Shown here piece by piece: positions 18,462-26,128 of a DNA stretch of 64,000 bases. This DNA comes from Clostridia bacterium (lineage in GTDB: Bacteria > Bacillota > Clostridia > Christensenellales > UBA3700), in assembly GCA_029061605.1 (NCBI GenBank), contig JAIDRT010000012.1, positions 66,239 through 130,238 on the forward strand, in the 5' to 3' direction. Each line of letters opens with the position of its first letter. Positions within the stretch are counted from its first letter, which is position 1. Below the pieces are notes generated by a model, which was not told the DNA's origin, ran no database searches, and worked only from the letters and a program-made list of their open reading frames with translations. Made by a program: the position numbers and the translations under genes.

Positions 18462-19019
18462 ATGAAGACGTCCTCTCACCGTGACAGAGCGCTCAAACTT
18501 GCGCTTATAGCAATTATGGCAGCCACGTTAGAGGGCGGCAAATTGGCATTGTCATTTATCCCCAACGTAGAGGTAGTTACACTTCTTTGCGCCATATACG
18601 GATACGTATTCGGATTTTACGGAATCATAGCGACGTATATTTTCGTCGGTATTGAAACTTTGATCTGGGGCGCAAATACTTGGGTCGTTACCTATCTCAT
18701 ACATTGGGGGTGCGTGTCATTCGTCTTTATGCTACTTGGCAAATTCAAGATACGTAGCCGACTTATCGCCACTGCGACCGCAGTAATTCTGACGGTTGCG
18801 TTTGGCGTGCTTAGTTCCCTTGTCGACACCGGACTGCTCACGGGATTTTTTGACAACTTCTGGAAGAGATTTGCCATAATATACACGCGGGGCGTCGCCT
18901 TTTACGTTGCGCAGATCGTATGCAACTTACTGCTCTTTCTCATTGTATTCAAACCCCTCGTCAATCGCATTGAAATGCTACTGCCTGAGAGATTCAAAAG
19001 CGTGAGTATACGCAAATAG
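18462..19019 (+). CDS. ECF transporter S component (CbrT-like by context)
   Basis: 185 aa with ~6 TM segments. The start is 1 nt after the upstream stop. It lies downstream of the B12 riboswitch. Confidence 0.6.
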   Translation: MKTSSHRDRALKLALIAIMAATLEGGKLALSFIPNVEVVTLLCAIYGYVFGFYGIIATYIFVGIETLIWGANTWVVTYLIHWGCVSFVFMLLGKFKIRSRLIATATAVILTVAFGVLSSLVDTGLLTGFFDNFWKRFAIIYTRGVAFYVAQIVCNLLLFLIVFKPLVNRIEMLLPERFKSVSIRK

Positions 19020-19024
19020 AACAC

Positions 19025-19681
19025 TCATTTATCAGTAAGGTGACGTTTGATTACTTTAAACTCTTTTTCCGTAAGTCCGTCTACAAAACAAATAGCAGCA
19101 TTGTAATATTTGCTAGCATTGGTTCTTTTTTTACATTGCAAACTACTTTGAAACAAACCGAATCTGGCGCTCTTTTTGCGCTTGGCAAACTTAATTGCTA
19201 TATTCACAAGTTGTTTTACGTTTGCGGTAAGATCTTCATACTTCTGTGGCAATGCTTGGTCTTTTGACGGCTCTTCTATAGACTCTTCTCTATGCTCTTC
19301 TCTGTAACCGTGCAAATACAGGTTGTCCATAATTTGGATATACGATTTGATTGCCTCTTCCTCTTTGCACAAGATATAAGGCTCATCTTCTTTGATATTA
19401 AAAATCCGCTCAGTTTCTGTATAGTCCGTTTTGTGATTGGCGAAATAACTATAGATATCTCTTTCAAAAGAGTCAAATTTTTCGCTACGGACGGTGATTG
19501 CCTGATATACTATTCCTTCTTTGAATTTCAATTTCTTTTTTTCGACAAGCGTTTCTACTCCCTGTCTTGCCTTGAAATAACTCCAACCAAACTCCTGTTG
19601 TATTTGAGGGATGGTGACTTTATTCTTCTTAGTGACATACTGCATCAATACTAATATTTCGTCGTCGTTTATTTTGCTCAT
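19025..19681 (-). CDS. FtsK-gamma-like winged-helix protein (218 aa)
   Basis: N-terminus DDEILVLMQYVTKKNKVTIPQIQQEFGWSYFKARQGVETLVEKKKL follows the FtsK gamma pattern (..A...V......S.S.LQR...IGY.RAARL.D.LE..G.). This is the last gene of the ClpP / T4CP-like cluster. Confidence 0.45.
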   Translation of the reverse strand: MSKINDDEILVLMQYVTKKNKVTIPQIQQEFGWSYFKARQGVETLVEKKKLKFKEGIVYQAITVRSEKFDSFERDIYSYFANHKTDYTETERIFNIKEDEPYILCKEEEAIKSYIQIMDNLYLHGYREEHREESIEEPSKDQALPQKYEDLTANVKQLVNIAIKFAKRKKSARFGLFQSSLQCKKRTNASKYYNAAICFVDGLTEKEFKVIKRHLTDK

Positions 19682-19744
19682 TTTTACTCCTCCTAAGTTG
19701 GATCTGTGGACGTTATGATTTCCGGTTAAAAACCGTTCTACCCA

Positions 19745-21439
19745 CTAAAATCCAAATGGATTGCGCTTTATTGGCTTAGTGACGTATTGATAGGCGTACT
19801 TCTTGTCTGACGGATTGACTTTAACATCATAATCGTCTATATTTGCCTGCGCCAAACTGCTGAATTCTTTGCACTTATAATATCTTTCCAACTTAGATAG
19901 CAACACGTATCCGCAGTTTGCTTCGGTGATAATACACTCGCCTTGGTCAAAATGCGTAAGTCTGCTCTTAGGAATGAGCGGTATTGTTTCCACAGAATAG
20001 TGATTTATCTCTCTGCCGTCGCCGTTGAGAGCGCTTAGCGGAGATATCCTCGTCATATTGCCGCATTCTTTAGAAATCTCCTCAAGGGTTGAGGGGTTGT
20101 TGCTGCCAAAGAAGACGTGCATATTGAGATTATCCCTTATTATCTTTGCGTTTTCGCCGTATACGCTGTCGAGTTGAGCATAGGATTGAATAATGAGTAT
20201 AAACCATATATTCCTGCCCGCGCACGCCGAGATAGTCGTCTCAAAGTCTTTGATTGCTGGGAAGTTGCCAAATTCGTCAAGTATGAAATAGAACGGAGCG
20301 TCAAGTTTTCCGTTTGGCTTCTTCATAGCCTCTTCGATAAGAAATCTATACGCGTCTTGCACAAACATAGATATGATTTTATAATGCACCTTTAGTTCGT
20401 CTCTATAGTTGATAAACAAAGCCACTGGCTTATCGCCGGTAAGTTCGCTCAAGTCAAATGAGTTGCACGACGTGATAAGACGAATTGCGCTTTCTCTGAA
20501 TATTGCAACCTTTGCGTTAAAACTGCTGACTACGCAACGTCTTGTGGTGTGCGCGTTGTCAAGTATTGCAAACTTTGCCAAAGAGTACGCTCTCGACCCT
20601 GAAGGACGCGACGAAAAATATCCTCCGTCATTATAGGCAGAGCCGCTCGTTCCCTCATCCTTGAAAGTATTCATTATAGACAGCATAGAAGAGAAAGAGA
20701 ACGTATCTTCGGTGATTGGATTCTTCTCAAGTTGAGTATCCTCAAGCATAGCCCAAAGAAAGGCTTTCAACAACTCTCGCGCGGTATCTTCCCAATATGG
20801 GTCTTTCTCGCTCAAAGTTGGAGCAATCACGTTGGCTACCGTATCTATATCGTTGCCTACGTCGTCGAGTTCGTACTTAGTAATTGTGTCGATAGCCTCG
20901 TCGAGTTGCTTTTGGTTTTTATATACTTTGCCTCTAAAAGAGTTGTATAATGCGCCGTCTTTTTCCTTCACCACCTTGATTTCGTCGTCAATATTCATAA
21001 TGGCTATGTACTTTCTATAAATAGGCGTGAGCATATTCCAGCACTCGCTCTTGCGATAGTTGCGGAAGTTGAGCAACTTGATTTCATACCCCTGCTTCTT
21101 CAACTCCTCCGCGGTGTACTTATACACCTCGCCTTTAGGGTCGGAGATTATCAGAGAGCGTTTTACCTTCTGTCTTGCAAATGACAGTATAGTAGGTATC
21201 ACGTAAGACGTCGTCTTACCAAGTCTTGTTGCGGCAATTACTCCCACGTGATTTTCATCACTCGAATACATTTGAATAAGTTTGCCGTCTTTATAAAAAC
21301 ACGCTTTGAGTACGCCGTCAATTGCCTTTCCGCCAATCTCGTCAAAAATATGTGTATTCCTTACGTTTGGCTCAAGTTGGTTATATTGCATCAGCGTAGC
21401 GTTGTCGTATCCGCTTAAAAGATTAACGTTTGTTTTCAT
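19745..21439 (-). CDS. soluble VirD4/TraG/TraD-family (type IV coupling protein-like) ATPase
   Basis: 564 aa. Walker A GVIAATRLGKTTSYVIPT. Walker B FYFILDEFGNFP. No N-terminal hydrophobic helices. ATGA overlap with the upstream gene. Confidence 0.75.
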   Translation of the reverse strand: MKTNVNLLSGYDNATLMQYNQLEPNVRNTHIFDEIGGKAIDGVLKACFYKDGKLIQMYSSDENHVGVIAATRLGKTTSYVIPTILSFARQKVKRSLIISDPKGEVYKYTAEELKKQGYEIKLLNFRNYRKSECWNMLTPIYRKYIAIMNIDDEIKVVKEKDGALYNSFRGKVYKNQKQLDEAIDTITKYELDDVGNDIDTVANVIAPTLSEKDPYWEDTARELLKAFLWAMLEDTQLEKNPITEDTFSFSSMLSIMNTFKDEGTSGSAYNDGGYFSSRPSGSRAYSLAKFAILDNAHTTRRCVVSSFNAKVAIFRESAIRLITSCNSFDLSELTGDKPVALFINYRDELKVHYKIISMFVQDAYRFLIEEAMKKPNGKLDAPFYFILDEFGNFPAIKDFETTISACAGRNIWFILIIQSYAQLDSVYGENAKIIRDNLNMHVFFGSNNPSTLEEISKECGNMTRISPLSALNGDGREINHYSVETIPLIPKSRLTHFDQGECIITEANCGYVLLSKLERYYKCKEFSSLAQANIDDYDVKVNPSDKKYAYQYVTKPIKRNPFGF

Positions 21440-23064
21440 TGTATGCTACCCCCAAATCCATATTTGTTGATTGTCTTAAATTCGTCGATTATATTGTCAA
21501 GCATAGCCCCATCGAGAATTAGTTTGCCCGCCTTGATCCTGTTGGCGAGTATTGCCTTGTCAAGAGCCTTTGATATATTGTCCGTCGACAACTTGGCAAT
21601 TGACGTTTTGACGTCTTTGTCTATTGATATCTCCTCAATGCCATAAAGTTGAGCCTTGCGAGCAAGCATATCGTCAATCATCAGTCCTTTCTCCTCTTGA
21701 CTTACGCTTGCCAAACTTACCACGTTGCACAACTTCTTAAGCGCGCTCTCGTTGGCTTTATCGCATACGCATATTGGCAGAATACTGCTCAAATCTATCT
21801 GTACGCTTGGAAGCGTCAGTCTAAAGTCTTTGCGCTTAGAACTTCTCAAGAAGTTGAGCGCCAGATCCATTGCCTCGGGCTCTATCTCGCCTCTAAAGGA
21901 AACAATATATACGTTGGATCTGTCCTCGTCACACTTGCGAACGAATATATTATTGGTAGTTGCGTCGACGTCGTTTTTGCCAAGATCGCCCACTTCTATG
22001 ACCTCAACTTTTGCATTCTTTGCAAGGCTGACGATTGCGCTTACGTAGTATTGCAACAACACTGCGCTGTCTGCGCACAGACACAAAGGCGTATAGTTGG
22101 ACATATGACGCAAGTCAAAGTTTTGCGCTTCTCTCAAAATACGCTCTTGCTCTTGCCTGCGATCAAGTATAAAGCCGTCAAACGCTTTTGCGTTTATCTC
22201 TATACCTTGCTTTGAATTAAGTTTGAGAGGCAAATCGCATATAGGCGAACGGCGCTGTTTGTCCTCCATAGAATATATCGCGAGTTCCTTGTCTTGATAA
22301 GGCAGTATCTCGCTATAAAGTATCCTTGCTTTTGGCGCCGAGTACTCGTCTCTTGGCAGGACTGACGCGTTGAAAGCCTTTTCTATAAGACAGGCGATAT
22401 TATTACGGCTAAAGCCTTTAGCCTCTTGCGGATAACTTGCCTTTAGCGCCCCTATAAGCGAAGAGTTGTATCTCATTTCCAACGCCGTCAAAAGGCTGTC
22501 AAAACAATTCTGTCTGTCTGCGGCGTTGTAATAAAGATACAGCATTGCGCCGTCTACGTCGTTCCACCTTGCCGCTCTCGTCAAATTCTTGAGCCCTGCG
22601 CTTTCGTCTTTATCGACGCATATTCCGTGTATCTGCATTATGCCCAACGCTTTCAGCGCGCTGATACAGCCCTCGCCCGCCCTGTTGACGAGATTGCTTA
22701 TTATCTTTTCTTTGCCTTCCTCATTAGGATCCATCATTCTGCGGTCTATAGCCTGCGAAAGCGCGCTTCCCTTGATTGCGACGACTTGAGATTGAAGTTC
22801 GTCATCGTCGGCAGGCATATGTAAAAATTCTTTCATATACTGCTGAGTTCTGCAATATCTCAAGTAATCTTTTTCGTCTTCTATCTGCTTCACTTCGTCG
22901 CTTTGTACGATATCCCAAAGCGCTTTGGCGCTCTTATCGTCAATCAAGTACGCCTTGGCTAGAGATAAAAACGCTTGCTTACTCTGCTCAAAGGACATTG
23001 CCTTGACGATAGGCGCGGAAAAGAGAAAATATTGATTCAAAAAACGTTCGTGTAAATCTTTCAT
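21436..23064 (-). CDS. Sel1-repeat protein with C-terminal Lon/Clp-like pseudo-AAA+ module
   Basis: Sel1-like segment ALGIMQIHGICVDKDESAGLKNLTRAARWNDVDGAMLYLYY. The C-terminal half resembles a Lon AAA+ base and lid (FRLTLPSVQIDLSSILPICV...SLASVSQEEKGLMIDDMLARKAQLYGIEEISIDKD). The P-loop position reads PLCLCADSAVLLQYY. ATG at 23064 has AAAGGAG 8 nt upstream, inside the clpP 3' end. Confidence 0.5.
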   Translation of the reverse strand: MKDLHERFLNQYFLFSAPIVKAMSFEQSKQAFLSLAKAYLIDDKSAKALWDIVQSDEVKQIEDEKDYLRYCRTQQYMKEFLHMPADDDELQSQVVAIKGSALSQAIDRRMMDPNEEGKEKIISNLVNRAGEGCISALKALGIMQIHGICVDKDESAGLKNLTRAARWNDVDGAMLYLYYNAADRQNCFDSLLTALEMRYNSSLIGALKASYPQEAKGFSRNNIACLIEKAFNASVLPRDEYSAPKARILYSEILPYQDKELAIYSMEDKQRRSPICDLPLKLNSKQGIEINAKAFDGFILDRRQEQERILREAQNFDLRHMSNYTPLCLCADSAVLLQYYVSAIVSLAKNAKVEVIEVGDLGKNDVDATTNNIFVRKCDEDRSNVYIVSFRGEIEPEAMDLALNFLRSSKRKDFRLTLPSVQIDLSSILPICVCDKANESALKKLCNVVSLASVSQEEKGLMIDDMLARKAQLYGIEEISIDKDVKTSIAKLSTDNISKALDKAILANRIKAGKLILDGAMLDNIIDEFKTINKYGFGGSIQ

Positions 23065-23069
23065 AGCCT

Positions 23070-23657
23070 TCACTCCTTTGCATTTATTTGATACTTGCTT
23101 GGAATTACGTAGTCGATAATACCGTATTCCAAGGCTTGCGCCGCGCTAAGCACGTTGTCTCTGTCAGTGTCGCGAGCGATTTCCTCTACCGAACGCCCTG
23201 TAAAACTTGACAGCATTGCGTTGATATTTCCCCTCGTGCGCTCTATATGCTGAGCGGCGAGAATGATATCCGACGCCTGTCCGCTTGCTCCGCCCAAAGG
23301 CTGGTGCAAAAGCACTTCGGCGTTTTGCGTAGCCGCTCTCATACCCTTCGTGCCCGCTCCCAAGATCACCGCCGCCATAGACGCCGCCTGACCTAGCGCA
23401 ACCGTCATTATCTTAGCGTCAATAAAGTGCATTGTATCTATTATAGCCAGTCCGTCGGTTATCACGCCTCCGGGGCTGTTGATTTGCAACGTGATTACTC
23501 TCTCCTCAAGCGGTACGCTTGCTATCTTGAACTGGTGGTCAAGATATTGAAGTTTGTCTATCACGCAAAGCGCCATATTATTATCTATCTCGCCAAATAT
23601 GTTGATGGTCTTGTACTGTAGCGAGTAATCAGGTCCAAAACCGTTTCTAGTTTCCAT
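23070..23657 (-). CDS. clpP: ATP-dependent Clp protease proteolytic subunit
   Basis: INSPGGVITDGLAIIDTM, GQAASMAAVILGAG (Ser), LLHQPLGGASGQASDI (His), IARDTDRDNVLSAAQALEYGIID (Asp). The N-terminus is shorter than in canonical ClpP. Confidence 0.9.
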   Translation of the reverse strand: METRNGFGPDYSLQYKTINIFGEIDNNMALCVIDKLQYLDHQFKIASVPLEERVITLQINSPGGVITDGLAIIDTMHFIDAKIMTVALGQAASMAAVILGAGTKGMRAATQNAEVLLHQPLGGASGQASDIILAAQHIERTRGNINAMLSSFTGRSVEEIARDTDRDNVLSAAQALEYGIIDYVIPSKYQINAKE

Positions 23658-23659
23658 TG

Positions 23660-23977
23660 TTATTTCTTCCTCCTCTTTATGTTTTCTTCTATTAATTCGT
23701 AATATTTGTCAAAAATCTTCAATGCTAGATCCTTATCTTCGACTACTGATAACTTATCGTCGTCCGTGCATTCAAACACGACTGCTTCGTCATCTGCAAT
23801 GCCTTCAATCTTCGTGATAGGATGCAATATGCAAAATAGCCTTCCGTCATTGGGGATGACCGCCACTTGCTCAAATTCATAAGCATTGCCCTCTTCGTCC
23901 TTCAATGTGATACTATCTAAATTGTCTTGATCCAAAAGTTTTTCGATCAAACTTATTTCTTGTTCTTTATTATTCAT
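23660..23977 (-). CDS. DUF1292 family protein
   Basis: 105 aa, acidic. ITLKDEEGNAYEFEQVAVIPNDGRLFCILHPI...DEAVVFE pattern. Stop lies 2 nt before the clpP ATG. Confidence 0.7.
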   Translation of the reverse strand: MNNKEQEISLIEKLLDQDNLDSITLKDEEGNAYEFEQVAVIPNDGRLFCILHPITKIEGIADDEAVVFECTDDDKLSVVEDKDLALKIFDKYYELIEENIKRRKK

Positions 23978-24045
23978 AATTTTTGTCCTCTTTATTTTTT
24001 AATTTTTGTTGCCCGCAGTTATACTGCGGGAGCGGCGAGATAGGA

Positions 24046-24387
24046 TTATCTATCCAAATCTTCGCCATTGCTGTGAGAAGGCATATTGTCTGCAAGACAC
24101 TTACAATGCGCAAAGTAATAAATGTACACTTCTTCGAGTATATTTTCGTCGTTCTCTATTAAAAGAACTTCTTTGCCATCGCGCTTTCCTACGCTGTAGC
24201 ACTCGCCGAAGTCATAATCGTTTTTTTCTCTTATGACGCATCTGATCTTGTCCTTAAGCATCAACGCCACAACTTGAAAGTATTGTCTTACGTTGCCGTA
24301 GCAGTCCGTAAGCGCAAGACTTTCGCAGTTGGATTTGTATGCCAACTTACTCACATCTTTGCCAAATAGTACGATACTGTACTCCAT
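24046..24387 (-). CDS. DUF1292-like protein (divergent paralog)
   Basis: 113 aa. LALTDCYGNVRQYFQVVALMLKDKIRCVI...EVLLIENDENILEEV follows the same pattern. GAGGAGGG RBS. Confidence 0.5.
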   Translation of the reverse strand: MEYSIVLFGKDVSKLAYKSNCESLALTDCYGNVRQYFQVVALMLKDKIRCVIREKNDYDFGECYSVGKRDGKEVLLIENDENILEEVYIYYFAHCKCLADNMPSHSNGEDLDR

Positions 24388-24626
24388 TTTGCCCTCCTCA
24401 TAATAATTTTTATATTTTATAGTAAATGGTCTATATTTTGACTTTTTTGCAGAATTTGCCTTGCAAAAGCGTGCAAAAAGGACGCGTTATTCAATTGTCA
24501 ATTTGATTTTGCCGCCGACTAACGGCACGATTGCGCTCTTCTCCTAAAAAATAAGAGTTGCGAATTTACGTCCCCAAACTTTTATTGGGTACGTCAAACA
24601 AATTTTGCATCAAAAGCAGTTTGGGA

Positions 24627-24737
24627 TTATTTGATAGTACCTAAACTTAAAAGACCGACACCGGCGTCAAAGCCGTTAGGGAATAAGATAAAAACTATTC
24701 TATAAATATAAATTGCCATAATTCGTGTGAACGCCAT
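24627..24737 (-). CDS. possible 36-aa hydrophobic peptide
   Basis: Hand-called: AAGGAG, 7 nt, ATG, then MAFTRIMAIYIYRIVFILFPNGFDAGVGLLSLGTIK and stop. It lies in an otherwise ORF-poor 900-bp region. Confidence 0.3.
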   Translation of the reverse strand: MAFTRIMAIYIYRIVFILFPNGFDAGVGLLSLGTIK

Positions 24738-25292
24738 TGCCTGTCTCCTTAAAGATTTTTTGTTTTTCTTTTGACGTTTTCATTATAAACCACGATACGT
24801 CAAAAGGTCGAGATTATTTTAATGTAACATCTACATAATAAATGTTGATTTCTTGATAAATTTTGTTATACTTAGGCTTTTGCCCAGTCTTTGCCTCGCC
24901 GACAACCTCCAATACTTCTACCTCATTCTTACTCTTCCCAACAAAAAGGCGAAAATTCCCCTTGTGTCTTTGCCAGCGTTTTTTTGCTTGCAGCGGTAGT
25001 GTCTAGTATTGAGTTGTTTCTGTGCGATATTAAGTTTTAACTTGGGTATTCGCAAATACGGCTTGCGAAATACTTTGATTTTGAACGATAAAATTCTCAA
25101 TAGATTTTAACGACTAATCTTGATTATTTTTATCTAAACCTCTTTGAGGTGATATCAATATAACATCTCCAAAAATTATTGTCAACAGTTTTTTTACAAA
25201 TTTTTCCAAAATTTTTTTAGCAAATTTTCTGTTAAAAATCAACGTTAAAAGTAATATTTTATACTAATATTATAATAAAAATAAAGACGTTT

Positions 25293-25607
25293 TTACTCTT
25301 CGTTTCGCATTGATTTAAGCAAGGTGATTAGCGCCTCCTGTTGAATTGAAGTAAGAGAGGCAAATTCGTCAAGCAATATCTTTTGCGTCGGCGTAAGTTG
25401 ACACAGTTCGCCGTCTTCTGCAAAGAACTGCGACATTGTGATTCCGCACGCATTGCAAATCGCCTGCAGCGACGCGACGGACGGCTGGACGTTCTTTCTA
25501 AACCAAGAAGATATCGTCGTCTGCGGTATGTTGGACTCAACGCTCAACTTATATTCCGTCCATCCCTTTTGATTGCGCAGTTGTATAATTTTTGCCAGAA
25601 TATCCAT
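25293..25607 (-). CDS. XRE-family HTH transcriptional regulator
   Basis: MDILAKIIQLRNQKGWTEYKLSVESNIPQTTISSWF. ATG at 25607 with an AGGAAAGGG RBS. Confidence 0.75.
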   Translation of the reverse strand: MDILAKIIQLRNQKGWTEYKLSVESNIPQTTISSWFRKNVQPSVASLQAICNACGITMSQFFAEDGELCQLTPTQKILLDEFASLTSIQQEALITLLKSMRNEE

Positions 25608-25626
25608 ACCCTTTCCTATAATTGTC

Positions 25627-25683
25627 TTTTTCGTATATTTTATACGAAAAAATATTGACAAACAATATTGTGTATCGTATAAT
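25627..25683. promoter_or_regulatory. divergent control region: 25-bp perfect palindrome plus promoter for the TM2 gene
   Basis: tttttcgtata-ttt-tatacgaaaaa (25627-25651). TTGACA (25655-25660), 17 nt, TATAAT (25678-25683). Additional CGTATA/TACGAT half-sites at 25675-25701. Confidence 0.5.
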
Positions 25684-25725
25684 TATTACGATATTTCGTA
25701 TATCAATTACGTGTTTTAAAGGAGA

Positions 25726-26067
25726 ATGATTATGGAACAACAAAAGATTGCAAATTTTATGTCTACTTACGGAAAATATTTTCCTGCTGACAAAATGGCG
25801 TATATCGAAGAAGGTTTATCAAAATGCCCCGACGAAAAATACAATATTCTTTCGACGATCAATTTCAAAAATCCAACTACGATAACTGTCTTGTCGATAT
25901 TCTTCGGCGGATTGGGCGTAGATAGATTTATGCTGGGACAAACCGGTATGGGAATACTCAAATTTCTCACCGGCGGACTTTGTGGAATATTGACTCTTAT
26001 AGATTGGTTTACCGTAGGCAAAAAAGCCAAAGAGTGGAACTATCAGGAGATAGCAAAAAGACTTTAA
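25726..26067 (+). CDS. TM2 domain-containing membrane protein
   Basis: 113 aa. VLSIFFGGLGVDRFMLGQTGMGILKFLTGG is the TM2 signature. AAAGGAG RBS. Confidence 0.75.
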   Translation: MIMEQQKIANFMSTYGKYFPADKMAYIEEGLSKCPDEKYNILSTINFKNPTTITVLSIFFGGLGVDRFMLGQTGMGILKFLTGGLCGILTLIDWFTVGKKAKEWNYQEIAKRL

Positions 26068-26091
26068 TCAGGCGAAAACTTTTATACCCCT

Positions 26092-26128
26092 ATAGACGAT
26101 ACCCCTATGCTTTGGGGGTATCGTCTAT
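26092..26128. terminator. 14-bp perfect-stem hairpin between convergent genes, overlapping the MATE stop
   Basis: atagacgatacccc-tatgctttg-ggggtatcgtctat. The flanking U-runs are weak, so terminator function is uncertain. Confidence 0.45.

Noticed and set aside
19745-21439. Interpreting the VirD4/TraG-like gene as evidence of an integrated conjugative element or prophage.
   Set aside because: The window holds no relaxase, VirB4/TcpF-type ATPase, integrase, recombinase, replication or structural gene. The protein lacks the TM anchor. It is translationally coupled to clpP-cluster genes. A decayed ICE remnant cannot be fully excluded without comparative data.
24011-24029. Hairpin cccgcag-ttatac-tgcggg between the two DUF1292 genes as a terminator.
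   Set aside because: On the transcribed minus strand it is followed by an A-rich rather than a U-rich tract. It is more likely a processing or stability element or simply incidental, so it is not called as a terminator.
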